From contig NZ_LWLG01000003.1 of NCBI RefSeq assembly GCF_001652585.1, positions 30,001 to 62,000 on the forward strand: a DNA stretch of 32,000 nt. Reading direction: 5' to 3'. Source of the DNA: Thermosulfurimonas dismutans. GTDB lineage: Bacteria; Desulfobacterota; Thermodesulfobacteria; Thermodesulfobacteriales; Thermodesulfobacteriaceae. Below are positions 6,760 through 15,695 of this stretch, piece by piece. A program made the translations under genes and the position numbers. Numbering within the stretch: the first letter of the stretch is position 1; each line of letters begins with the position of its first letter. The notes beneath the pieces were generated by a model, which was given only the letters and a program-made list of their open reading frames with translations, was not told the DNA's origin and did not search any database.

Positions 6760-7911
6760 ATGCTAGAGGACATTCGCCGGGAACTTGCGGGCCTCGAAGA
6801 CAAAGGCCGGCTCCGGACTCTTCGCACGATTTCGGAGAGGCGTGGTCCTTTCGTGGAGATCGAGGGTCGGCGGCTCCTTAATCTGGCCTCGAACGACTAT
6901 CTGGGTTTAAGTGTTGGGCTTGAGCCGGATAAAATCCTTGAGATCCTTCGTGAATTCGGAACGGGTGCCGGAGCCTCGAGACTCCTTTCTGGAAACCACC
7001 TCTACTATGAAATCCTGGAGGAGACTCTGCGGTCCCTTTACGGGCGCCCGGCTCTGGTTTTCGCAAGTGGATATCTCGCAAACCTGGGGGTGCTCTCCGG
7101 GCTTCTCGGTCGCCGGGACGTGGTCTTCGCCGACAAGCTGATTCACGCCAGTCTTATCGATGGTCTGCGCCTCAGCGGAGCCACCTTCTACCGCTATCCT
7201 CATCTCAATCTCGAACTCTTGGAGGACCTTCTCAAGGAGCACCGGTCCCGTTTCCGACGGGCCGTGATCCTAACCGAATCCGTCTTCAGCATGGATGGAG
7301 ACTTTCCGGATCTGAGAACCTTGGTGGCTCTGAAGAAGCGTTACGAGGCCTTCCTGATGGTGGACGAGGCCCATGCGGTAGGGGTGTTCGGGAAGAGGGG
7401 GCTTGGTCTTTCCGAGGAAGAGGGCCTTCTCGAGGAGATAGATGTTCTGATAGGAACCTTTGGAAAAGCCCTGGGAAGTTACGGGGCCTTTGTGGTCACC
7501 CATGAGGAGATTCGTCGTCTCCTCATCTCGCGGGCGCGATCTTTCATCTTCACTACCGCCCTTCCGCCGGTGGTGGTGGCGGCTTCTCTGAGCGGGTTGA
7601 GGAGAGCCGTTGACATGGAGCGGGAAAGGCGTAAGCTCCGGGAACTTTCCCGGAAATTACGGCGCGAACTCCGCTTGTCTCGAGGAGGGCTTCAAGACGA
7701 GGTCCCCATCGTGCCGGTGATTATCGGAGAAGATCGGAAGGCCCTTGAGGTCTCGAAAAGGCTCTTTGAGGCCGGCTTCTTTGCCCCGGCCATCCGTCCC
7801 CCCACCGTCCCAGAAGGCACAGCCCGACTGCGGCTTTCCCTTTCGGCCTCCATGGACTGGAGCCACCTTGAACCCCTGATCGGAACTTTGAGGTCGCTGG
7901 CGTGCGCCTAG
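6760..7911 (+). CDS. bioF: 8-amino-7-oxononanoate synthase
   Basis: Alpha-oxoamine synthase motifs are present: NLASNDYLGL, SVFSMDGD, VDEAHAVG, GTFGKALG. It lies between bioA and bioG. Confidence 0.95.
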   Translation: MLEDIRRELAGLEDKGRLRTLRTISERRGPFVEIEGRRLLNLASNDYLGLSVGLEPDKILEILREFGTGAGASRLLSGNHLYYEILEETLRSLYGRPALVFASGYLANLGVLSGLLGRRDVVFADKLIHASLIDGLRLSGATFYRYPHLNLELLEDLLKEHRSRFRRAVILTESVFSMDGDFPDLRTLVALKKRYEAFLMVDEAHAVGVFGKRGLGLSEEEGLLEEIDVLIGTFGKALGSYGAFVVTHEEIRRLLISRARSFIFTTALPPVVVAASLSGLRRAVDMERERRKLRELSRKLRRELRLSRGGLQDEVPIVPVIIGEDRKALEVSKRLFEAGFFAPAIRPPTVPEGTARLRLSLSASMDWSHLEPLIGTLRSLACA

Positions 7912-8564
7912 CTCTCCTGGGAAACCTTGAGGCCGAGGAACTGATCGTCTTCTTTGCCGGCTGGGCCATGGATGAACGGCCCTTTCACGGACTCTGTGGA
8001 GAGGAGACCGCCGTGGCTGTGCTCTACGATTACCGGGATCTTGAGCTTCCCGAAATTCCTAAGGGATACAGCCGGGTCTATATCTTGGCCTGGTCCCTTG
8101 GAGTCTATGCGGCTTTGAAAAATCTTTCTTCCCTCGATGGAGAAATCCTTTTCCTTGCAGGCACCGGCGCTTTCTCTCATCCCGAATTTGGGATCCATCC
8201 CCGCGTGATGAACCTCACCCTTAAAGGCCTTGAGGAAAGGAGAGAGAAAAGTTTGCTGGCCTTTTACGCCAACATGTTTTCGGGAGAGCTGGGGCTGGAG
8301 ATTTTCCTTGAGAACCAACCCCAGAGAAACCTCTCCGAGGTTGTTGAGGAACTGAAGATGGCGGCCGAGAGGGGGCCCCTCTTTCCTTCAAATTTCAGTA
8401 AGGTCCGGGCCGTCTGTACTTTGAGGGATCGCATTGTGCCCTTTGAGGCCCAATTAAGATACTGGGAAAGGGTAGGGGTCCCGGTGAGGACCTTGGAGGC
8501 CGGCCATTTCCCCTTCTATCGCTTTTCTTCCCTTAAGGAGTTATTTTTTAGGGAAGATGTATAA
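7902..8564 (+). CDS. bioG: pimeloyl-ACP methyl ester esterase, BioG (DUF452) type
   Basis: From memory of the Haemophilus BioG pattern, the matches are LIVFFAGWAMD, YDYRDLEL, ILAWSLGVY (nucleophile Ser), GTGAFSHPEFGIHPRV and LKGL. GTG start overlapping the bioF end by 10 nt. Confidence 0.82.
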   Translation: MRLALLGNLEAEELIVFFAGWAMDERPFHGLCGEETAVAVLYDYRDLELPEIPKGYSRVYILAWSLGVYAALKNLSSLDGEILFLAGTGAFSHPEFGIHPRVMNLTLKGLEERREKSLLAFYANMFSGELGLEIFLENQPQRNLSEVVEELKMAAERGPLFPSNFSKVRAVCTLRDRIVPFEAQLRYWERVGVPVRTLEAGHFPFYRFSSLKELFFREDV

Positions 8565-9321
8565 CGGTTCCGTTGGCCAAAGGGCTAAAATCTCACGGGA
8601 GCAGCTTAGGCGGCGCTTCAGACGTGCTATGCCCTCTTATGAGAAGGCCGCCGTGGTCCAGAAGAGGATGGCCGAAAGGCTCGCCGAGGTCCTGGCGGAG
8701 CTCTCCTCTTTCTATCCCCGGGTCCTGGAGATCGGGGCCGGGACCGGGTTTTTCACCAGGGCCGCCAAAGAGAGGTTTTCTTGGTCCCTTTACCTGGCCT
8801 GCGATCTCCTTCCGGAGTGCGCTTGCTTTCTTGAACCTTTAGGAGTCCACTTCGTAGTGGCCAATGGGGAGGATCCCTCGTGGGTTCGGGGAACCTTTGA
8901 TCTTATAGTCTCAAATGCGGTCTTTCAATGGTTCGAAGACCTCGGAGAAAGCCTCCTGGCCCTTGCCGAACGTCTGTCTCCGGGAGGGTTCTTGGCCTTT
9001 ACCACCTTCGGACCGGATACCATGAGGGAAATACCTCGGGAACCTCCTCCGGGTCTCCTGTCTCTCCCTCGTCTGACCTCTCTGAAACCTCCAGGTTTGG
9101 AGGAGATTCGGGCTTTTCGCTGGCAGGAGGTTCTCTATTTTGAAGAGCCCCTGGCGGTCCTGCGACATATCCGGGAAACCGGGGCCCTGGGGGGCTTGCC
9201 CACTCGCTGGTCGCTCAGGGCCCTTAAGGCTTGGCAGCAGTCTTACGAAAGGTATAAACTGGAAAAGGGCTATCCCCTTACCTTTGAACCCATATTGGTA
9301 ATATGGCGAAAGGTCGGATAA
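8557..9321 (+). CDS. bioC: malonyl-ACP O-methyltransferase
   Basis: Class-I SAM methyltransferase (VLEIGAGTGFFT; DLIVSNAVFQW) with a BioC-type N-terminus (F..A..YE.AA.VQ). It sits between bioG and bioD. Confidence 0.85.
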   Translation: MYNGSVGQRAKISREQLRRRFRRAMPSYEKAAVVQKRMAERLAEVLAELSSFYPRVLEIGAGTGFFTRAAKERFSWSLYLACDLLPECACFLEPLGVHFVVANGEDPSWVRGTFDLIVSNAVFQWFEDLGESLLALAERLSPGGFLAFTTFGPDTMREIPREPPPGLLSLPRLTSLKPPGLEEIRAFRWQEVLYFEEPLAVLRHIRETGALGGLPTRWSLRALKAWQQSYERYKLEKGYPLTFEPILVIWRKVG

Positions 9322-9995
9322 TCTTCGTTACCGGAACGGATACTGGGGTTGGCAAGAGCTATGCCACCGGGGTCCTTGCTAGGGCCTATCTGGCCCTGGG
9401 AAAGACCGTCATCACCCAGAAACCCGTTCAGACTGGAACCCGTGAGCCGGAAGACATCTTGATCCATCGGCGTATGATGGGCCTACCTCCGGATCCTCCG
9501 GAGCTTCTTTCCCTTACTTGTCCCTATATCTTTAAGTATCCCGCGGCTCCGGAGACCGCGGCCTCCCTTGAAGGCCAGAAAATAGATTCCGGACATCTTT
9601 TGGCGTGTCTTAGGGAACTATCGCAGACCTATGAAGTGGTTTTGGTGGAGGGGGCCGGCGGTCTTTACGTGCCTCTCACCGAAGATCTCACCGTCCTGGA
9701 CTTCATTTCTCTTCTCATGTGTCCGGTCTTAGTAGTCTCGGCTGCTAGACTCGGGACCATCAATCATACCGTATTAACCATAAAGGCCTTAAAGGCCCGT
9801 GGTCTGTATGTGGCCGGATTGATCTATAACCTCCATTTTGCTACCGATGAGTTCCTAGCCGAAAGAAGCTTGGAAGACATTAAGCGCCTCGCGGAGATAG
9901 ATCAGGTTCTGAAACTTCCAAATATTACCGATGAAATACCCTCGATTGAGGCCCTTCTCTCCTTCGTTGAGAACACCCCGGGCCTCAGGCCCTAA
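9303..9995 (+). CDS. bioD: dethiobiotin synthase
   Basis: P-loop IFVTGTDTGVGKS, EGAGG and the LGTINHT motif. Its start overlaps the bioC end by 19 nt. Confidence 0.95.
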   Translation: MAKGRIIFVTGTDTGVGKSYATGVLARAYLALGKTVITQKPVQTGTREPEDILIHRRMMGLPPDPPELLSLTCPYIFKYPAAPETAASLEGQKIDSGHLLACLRELSQTYEVVLVEGAGGLYVPLTEDLTVLDFISLLMCPVLVVSAARLGTINHTVLTIKALKARGLYVAGLIYNLHFATDEFLAERSLEDIKRLAEIDQVLKLPNITDEIPSIEALLSFVENTPGLRP

Positions 9996-10914
9996 GCCCG
10001 GAGGTGTAGCCTAGATCTAGAATCATCTGTCGGTCGTCGGAGAGGTTGCGGCCCATGGTGGTGAGGTAGTTTCCTACCATAAGGGCATTGGCCGGAAACA
10101 AGATAAGGGCCTGAAGGTCCCGTAAATTATATTCTCGTCCTCCACAAACTCGAATCTCGGCCTCAGGGAGCATAAAGCGTAAGACCACAAGAATGGCTAG
10201 ACACCTGAGAGGGGTTAGATAGGAGGCTTCCTCTAGAGGGGTCCCCGGGATGGGATGCAGGAAGTTAACCGGCACGGAGTCAACTTCTAGTTGACGGAGG
10301 GTTTCTGCAAACTCAAGCACGTGTTCCGGACTTTCCCCCAGGCCAAAAATCCCGCCACAGCAAAGAGAAAGCCCCACTTCTTTGACCCTTTCGGCAGTTT
10401 TAAGTCGTGCTCGCCAATCCTGGACGGTGCAGATGTGGGGGTAGAAGCTCCCGGCGGTCTCCAAATTGTGATGATATCGAGAAAGCCCGGCCTCCTTGAG
10501 TGCCCGCAGTTCCTCTACCCCCATTTGCCCTAAGGAGGCGCAGAGTTTGAGTTCTGGAAACTCCTTTCGGCAGCGCTCTATGACTCGAAGGAGCCGTTCA
10601 AGATCCTGCGGCTCCAGGGTTACCCCACTGGTCACGAAGCTAAAACGATCAATTCCGGCCTGTGCGGCCCTTTCGGCCGCCGAAAGGAGTTCATTCTCAG
10701 AGAGCAGGGGGTATACCGGGGCTTCCGTATGCCAGCGAGCCGACTGGGCACAAAACTTGCAATCCGAGGGACAACGTCCGCTTTTGGCGTTTACAATAGC
10801 ACAGGTTTCAACCCGCCGGCCAAAACGCCTTTCTTTAAGCCGGCGGGCCTCCTCCAGATACGGCCAAAGTTCAAACTTGCCCTGGAGGAGGGCCCGCAGT
10901 TCTTCAAAATTCAC
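9985..10914 (-). CDS. bioB: biotin synthase (radical SAM)
   Basis: CPSDCKFCAQS (CxxxCxxC) plus BioB-type downstream motifs (YHHNLET, CCGGIFGLGE). Its 3' end overlaps the bioD 3' end by 11 nt (convergent). Confidence 0.95.
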   Translation of the reverse strand: MNFEELRALLQGKFELWPYLEEARRLKERRFGRRVETCAIVNAKSGRCPSDCKFCAQSARWHTEAPVYPLLSENELLSAAERAAQAGIDRFSFVTSGVTLEPQDLERLLRVIERCRKEFPELKLCASLGQMGVEELRALKEAGLSRYHHNLETAGSFYPHICTVQDWRARLKTAERVKEVGLSLCCGGIFGLGESPEHVLEFAETLRQLEVDSVPVNFLHPIPGTPLEEASYLTPLRCLAILVVLRFMLPEAEIRVCGGREYNLRDLQALILFPANALMVGNYLTTMGRNLSDDRQMILDLGYTSGLRA

Positions 10915-10934
10915 CCGCTACTTATAGCTCCGGT

Positions 10935-13364
10935 TTATTTGATGCCCAATTCTTTTTCTTTTTCCGCTACCAAGAGCCGAGTTTGAGCTACAGTGTCCGG
11001 GGTCAAACTCATGGAATCAATCCCGCATTCCACCAGAAATTCTGCAAAGTCTGGAAAGTCGCTCGGGGCCTGGCCGCAGATACCGATCTTGCGCCCCCGT
11101 TTTTTGGCCACTTGGATGACCTCCCGCACCAGGCGCTTCACGGCTTCGTTACGTTCGTCATAGATGTGGGACACCAGTTCCGAGTCACGGTCGAGCCCCA
11201 AGGTGAGCTGGGTGAGGTCGTTCGAGCCGATGGAGAAGCCATCGAAGATTTCGGCGAACTGGTCAGCAAGCACCACGTTGCTCGGGATCTCGCACATCAC
11301 GTAGATTTCAAGGCCGTTTTCTCCCTGTTTGAGCCCGTATTTTTCCATGACTTGGATAACTCGTTTCCCTTCCTCCGGAGTGCGGCAGAAGGGGATCATA
11401 ACCTTCACGTTGGTAAGCCCCATCTCATCGCGCACCTTTTTCAGGGCCTTGCACTCCAGTCCGAAGGCCGGCTCGAAATTGGGGTCATAATAGCGGGAGG
11501 CCCCGCGCCAGCCAATCATGGGATTGTGCTCCACGGGCTCGTAGAGGAAACCACCGAGAAGGTTGGCGTACTCGTTGCTCTTGAAATCCGAAAGTCTTAC
11601 GATGACATCGTTGGGGTAGAAGGCGGCCGCAATGGTGGCGACCCCCTGGGCCAGTTTGTCTACATAAAAGTCGGCCTTGTTCTCGTAGCCTGGGGTGCGC
11701 TTTTCGATCTCCCGCACCAGGCGCTTTATCTTGCGATCCTTCTCGGCCTGAGCCTTCAGTTCCTCGAAGTTCAAAAGGGCCAGGGGATGAATGCCGATGT
11801 GCGAACCGATGATGAACTCCAATCGGGCTAGACCCACCCCGTCGTTGGGGATCTGGGCCTGGGCAAAGGCCTGTTCGGGAATACCCACGTTCATCATGAT
11901 TCTGGTCTTGGTTCGGGGTAGCTTTTCTAGGTCTATGCGCTCGACCTCGAAGGGTATAAGGCCTTCATAGAGACGGCCTTCTTCACCCTGGGAACAGTCT
12001 ACCGTGACTTCCATACCATTCTGAACTACTTCCGTGGCGTTCCCCGTGCCCACGATACAGGGGATCCCAAGCTCCCGGGAGACGATGGCCGCGTGACAGG
12101 TACGGCCTCCGCGGTTGGTCACGATGGCCGCGGCCACCTTCATGATGGGTTCCCAATCAGGATCGGTCATGTCCGTTACTAGAACCTCGCCAGGCTTGAA
12201 CTCCTGAATACCCGAAACATCCTGGATCACCCGCGCTTTGCCCTGGCCGATCTTGTTGCCCACAGCCTTACCGGTGCAGAGGACCTTACCTTCACCCTTA
12301 AGCTTGTAGATCTCATAGAATTTTTCAGACTTGACGGCATGCACGGTTTCCGGACGGGCCTGCACGATGAAAAGCTCACCGGTGCCTACCTTCTTCCCGT
12401 CACCATCCTTGGCCCACTCGATATCCATGGGCCGACCGTAGTATTCCTCAATGAGAATGGCCCATTCAGCCAGTTTCAAGATCTCGTCGTCGGAAAGTAT
12501 GAAGCTTCGACGCTCGGCCTGGGTGGTCTTTACGTCTTTTACCGGCGAGTCTCCTTTGGAGCAATAGACCATCTTGTGCTCTTTGGAACCGAGTTTCTTG
12601 GAAAGAATGGGGCGGAAACCCTTCTTGAGAGTGGGTTTAAAGACGTAAAATTCATCTGGGTTGACTTTTCCCTGAACTACGTTTTCCCCGAGTCCCCAAG
12701 CTCCAGTGATATAGACTACATCGCGAAAACCACTTTCGGTATCAAGCGTAAACATCACCCCTGAGGAGGCGAAGTCACTACGGATCATTTTTTGGACGGC
12801 CACTGAGAGATAGACGCTGAAGTGGTCAAAACCTTTGTCCTCACGGTAAGAGATAGCTCGGTCAGTAAAGAGAGAAGCGAAACATTTCTTAACATGTTCA
12901 ATGACGTTATCCGCCCCCCGGATGTTGAGATACGTCTCCTGCTGGCCAGCAAAGGAGGCTTCCGGAAGGTCCTCGGCCGTGGCCGAGGAACGCACCGCTA
13001 CGTCCACCTTCTTCCCGTACTTTTCTTCCAGCCTGGCGTAAGCCTTGCGGATTTCCTCCTCCAGTTTTGGGGGCATTTTGGCCTTGAGGATGAGGTTACG
13101 GACCTTTTTGCCCCGCTTTTGAAGATCTTTCACGTTATGGGTATCCAAACCCTCCAAGGCCTTTTTGATCTTGTCCGCTAGCTTATTTTCTCGGATAAAA
13201 TATCGATAGGCCTCCGCAGTAACTGCAAACCCATCAGGCACTTTGACACCCTTGGGGGTAAGGTTCCGAAACATCTCACCCAAGGAGGCATTCTTCCCCC
13301 CTACCAAAGGTACGTCCTTGATTCCGATCTCATCAAACCATAATATTAATGGTGCGTCCGACAT
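10935..13364 (-). CDS. ppsA: phosphoenolpyruvate synthase (pyruvate, water dikinase)
   Basis: 809 aa with the N-terminal VPLVGGKNASLGEM ATP-grasp domain, the phospho-His swivel motif GGRTCHAAIVSRELGIP, and the C-terminal PEP-utilizer TIM barrel (SIGSNDLTQ). Confidence 0.97.
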   Translation of the reverse strand: MSDAPLILWFDEIGIKDVPLVGGKNASLGEMFRNLTPKGVKVPDGFAVTAEAYRYFIRENKLADKIKKALEGLDTHNVKDLQKRGKKVRNLILKAKMPPKLEEEIRKAYARLEEKYGKKVDVAVRSSATAEDLPEASFAGQQETYLNIRGADNVIEHVKKCFASLFTDRAISYREDKGFDHFSVYLSVAVQKMIRSDFASSGVMFTLDTESGFRDVVYITGAWGLGENVVQGKVNPDEFYVFKPTLKKGFRPILSKKLGSKEHKMVYCSKGDSPVKDVKTTQAERRSFILSDDEILKLAEWAILIEEYYGRPMDIEWAKDGDGKKVGTGELFIVQARPETVHAVKSEKFYEIYKLKGEGKVLCTGKAVGNKIGQGKARVIQDVSGIQEFKPGEVLVTDMTDPDWEPIMKVAAAIVTNRGGRTCHAAIVSRELGIPCIVGTGNATEVVQNGMEVTVDCSQGEEGRLYEGLIPFEVERIDLEKLPRTKTRIMMNVGIPEQAFAQAQIPNDGVGLARLEFIIGSHIGIHPLALLNFEELKAQAEKDRKIKRLVREIEKRTPGYENKADFYVDKLAQGVATIAAAFYPNDVIVRLSDFKSNEYANLLGGFLYEPVEHNPMIGWRGASRYYDPNFEPAFGLECKALKKVRDEMGLTNVKVMIPFCRTPEEGKRVIQVMEKYGLKQGENGLEIYVMCEIPSNVVLADQFAEIFDGFSIGSNDLTQLTLGLDRDSELVSHIYDERNEAVKRLVREVIQVAKKRGRKIGICGQAPSDFPDFAEFLVECGIDSMSLTPDTVAQTRLLVAEKEKELGIK

Positions 13365-13401
13365 CAGGGCCCCTCCTTACTGCATATTTTGCGGTGAGGA
13401 A

Positions 13402-13431
13402 ACCATAACAAAAGGTGCAATTTTCTGTCAA
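13402..13431 (-). promoter_or_regulatory. sigma-70 type promoter candidate for ppsA
   Basis: On the minus strand: TTGACA (plus-strand coordinates 13426-13431), an 18-nt spacer, then TATGGT (13402-13407). This lies about 38-67 nt upstream of the ppsA ATG at 13364. Confidence 0.35.
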
Positions 13432-13475
13432 GTTCCTGCCTTGCAGGGCTCAAATTCTGGAGTAAAAGAGGGAGC

Positions 13476-15695
13476 ATGAGCAAGAAAGGCTTGATCGTAG
13501 TGGAATCGCCTACCAAGGTGCGGACCATCAAAAAGGTGGTGGGCCGAGATTACGAGGTCTGCGCCTCGGTGGGGCATGTGAAGGATCTTCCCAAAAACCG
13601 GCTCGGAGTGAAGATCGAAAACGGCTTTAAACCCGAATACGAGATCATAAGGGGCAAAAAGAAGGTCCTTACGGAGATCAAGAAGCTCGCCCGGCAAGCC
13701 GAAACCATTTACCTTGGGCCAGATCCTGACAGGGAAGGGGAAGCCATCGCCTGGCACATCGCTGAGGAACTGCAAAGTCTCAAGAAACCCATCAAACGGT
13801 TGCTTTTCTATGAGCTTACCACCCGGGGTATCAAGGAAGCTCTCTCCCAGCCGGTGGAACTTGATCCTGACAAATACGAAGCCCAGCAGGCTCGTCGGGT
13901 CCTCGATCGGCTGGTGGGATATAACCTCTCTCCGCTACTTTGGGAAAAGGTCAAACGCGGTCTTTCGGCCGGTCGGGTCCAGTCCGTAGCCCTAAGGCTT
14001 ATTTGTGAAAGGGAACGGGAAATTCAGGCCTTCCGGCCAGAGGAGTACTGGACCATCGAGGCAGAGCTTCGGACCCCTGAAGGTGAAACTTTCAGGGCCA
14101 AGCTGGAAAAGCATGCCGGAAAGAAAGTTCAACTTCGAAACCAGGAAGAGGCTGAAAGGGCGGTGGCCGAGCTTTCCCGGCTTTCCAAGGAAGAAAGATT
14201 TTCGGTTTCCAAGGTGACCAAAAAGGAAGCCCGCCGGAATCCTCCCCCTCCTTTTATTACTAGCACCCTTCAGCAGGAGGCCTTCAGACGTTTCCGATTT
14301 CCGGCCAAGAAGACCATGTATCTGGCCCAGAGGCTTTATGAAGGGGTGGATATCCCCGGCGAGGGACCGGTGGGCCTTATCACCTACATGCGTACAGATT
14401 CCGTGCGTGTGGCCGAGGAAGCCAAAAATGTGGCCCGCGAGATCATTGCCTCGACCTTTGGAAAGGATTTTCTCCCTAACAAACCGCCGGAATACAAGGC
14501 CCGTAGCACCGCGCAGGAGGCCCATGAGGCCATAAGGCCTACTCGTTTTGACCTTCCTCCGGAAAAGCTGAAGAACGTGCTCTCGTCAGACGAATATAGG
14601 CTTTATGAGCTCATCTGGCGTCGGTTCTTGGCTTCTCAAATGGTCCCAGCACGTTTTGAGGTTACCAAGGTCGAGGTCACCGCTGATTCCTGGCTTCTTA
14701 TCTCCCAGGGGAGGCGTCTGGTGCATCCCGGTTTTCTGGCCGTCTATGATCTACAGGAGGAGAAGGAATTTGGCCTTCCTCGTCTTGAGGAAGGCCTTTC
14801 CCTCAAGGTTTTGAAAATCGAGCCTCAACAGCACTTTACTAAACCGCCGGCCCGGTACACCGAAGCCACTCTTATTCGGACCCTGGAGGAAAAGGGTATC
14901 GGGCGACCATCCACCTACGCCCAGATCGTGAGTACCATCAAGGAAAGGGGATATGTGGAGACGGTCTCGGGTAGTCTCAAACCTACGGAACTTGGCTTTT
15001 TGGTAAACGATCTTTTGGTGGCCTCTTTCCCGGACATCATCGAGCCCGAATTCACCGCCCGCATGGAGGAGTTTCTGGACGAGATCGCCGAGGGCAAGGC
15101 CGAAAAGGAACAGGTTTTACGATCCTTTTACGAAGCTTTTTCCAGGAAGTTGGATTCGGCTGCGGCTGAAATGGCGGATCTGAAAGCCGGCATTCCGAGC
15201 GGAGTCAAGTGCCCGGAATGCGGAGCGGAGATGCTCCTAAGGGTGGGTCGGGCCGGGCCATTTCTGGCCTGTAGTCGTTATCCGGATTGCAAGGTGACCG
15301 GAGATTACGAAAGAGACGAGACCGGAGCCCTCAAACTTGTTCGCAAGGAAGATCAGGTTAACGGTCAGTGTCCAGAGTGCGGCGGGCCTTTGGTCCTAAG
15401 AAGGGGGCGGTTCGGCGAATTTTGGGCCTGTGGGCGTTATCCCGAGTGTCGTTACACCCGTCCGGTGGGTACGGGTATTGCTTGCCCCAAGGAAGGCTGC
15501 GATGGCGAGATCGTAAAACGGCGTTCTAAAAAAGGCAAAATTTACTACGCCTGTCTTAGGGCTCCAGAGTGCGATTTTATTTTGTGGGACGAACCGGTGG
15601 CCGAGGAATGTCCAGAATGCGGGGCCCCCTTTGTGGCCATGAAGTCAGGACGGCATTCCCGGAAATACTGTCCCTTCTGTAAGGCCATCCTATGA
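13476..15695 (+). CDS. topA: DNA topoisomerase I with four C-terminal zinc ribbons
   Basis: TOPRIM N-terminus (LIVVESPTKVRTI), DPDREGEAIAWH, and the active-site region ITYMRTDS. The C-terminus carries four ribbons: CPECG...C..YPDC, CPECG...C..YPEC, CPKEGC...C...PEC and CPECG-x16-CPFC. Confidence 0.97.
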   Translation: MSKKGLIVVESPTKVRTIKKVVGRDYEVCASVGHVKDLPKNRLGVKIENGFKPEYEIIRGKKKVLTEIKKLARQAETIYLGPDPDREGEAIAWHIAEELQSLKKPIKRLLFYELTTRGIKEALSQPVELDPDKYEAQQARRVLDRLVGYNLSPLLWEKVKRGLSAGRVQSVALRLICEREREIQAFRPEEYWTIEAELRTPEGETFRAKLEKHAGKKVQLRNQEEAERAVAELSRLSKEERFSVSKVTKKEARRNPPPPFITSTLQQEAFRRFRFPAKKTMYLAQRLYEGVDIPGEGPVGLITYMRTDSVRVAEEAKNVAREIIASTFGKDFLPNKPPEYKARSTAQEAHEAIRPTRFDLPPEKLKNVLSSDEYRLYELIWRRFLASQMVPARFEVTKVEVTADSWLLISQGRRLVHPGFLAVYDLQEEKEFGLPRLEEGLSLKVLKIEPQQHFTKPPARYTEATLIRTLEEKGIGRPSTYAQIVSTIKERGYVETVSGSLKPTELGFLVNDLLVASFPDIIEPEFTARMEEFLDEIAEGKAEKEQVLRSFYEAFSRKLDSAAAEMADLKAGIPSGVKCPECGAEMLLRVGRAGPFLACSRYPDCKVTGDYERDETGALKLVRKEDQVNGQCPECGGPLVLRRGRFGEFWACGRYPECRYTRPVGTGIACPKEGCDGEIVKRRSKKGKIYYACLRAPECDFILWDEPVAEECPECGAPFVAMKSGRHSRKYCPFCKAIL

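Noticed and set aside
10983-11831. 282-aa plus-strand ORF inside the ppsA locus. Similar long antisense ORFs are 12339-12764 and 12822-13181 on ppsA, 20358-21203 on glnA, 2070-2564 on amtB, 13992-14525 on topA, 3353-3757 and 3803-4147 on the porin gene, and 4409-4876 on the radical-SAM gene.
   Set aside because: Each lies entirely antisense to a gene with unmistakable family motifs. Their translations are low-complexity and Arg/Gly/Pro/His-rich with no recognisable motifs, which is typical of shadow ORFs in moderately GC-rich coding DNA.
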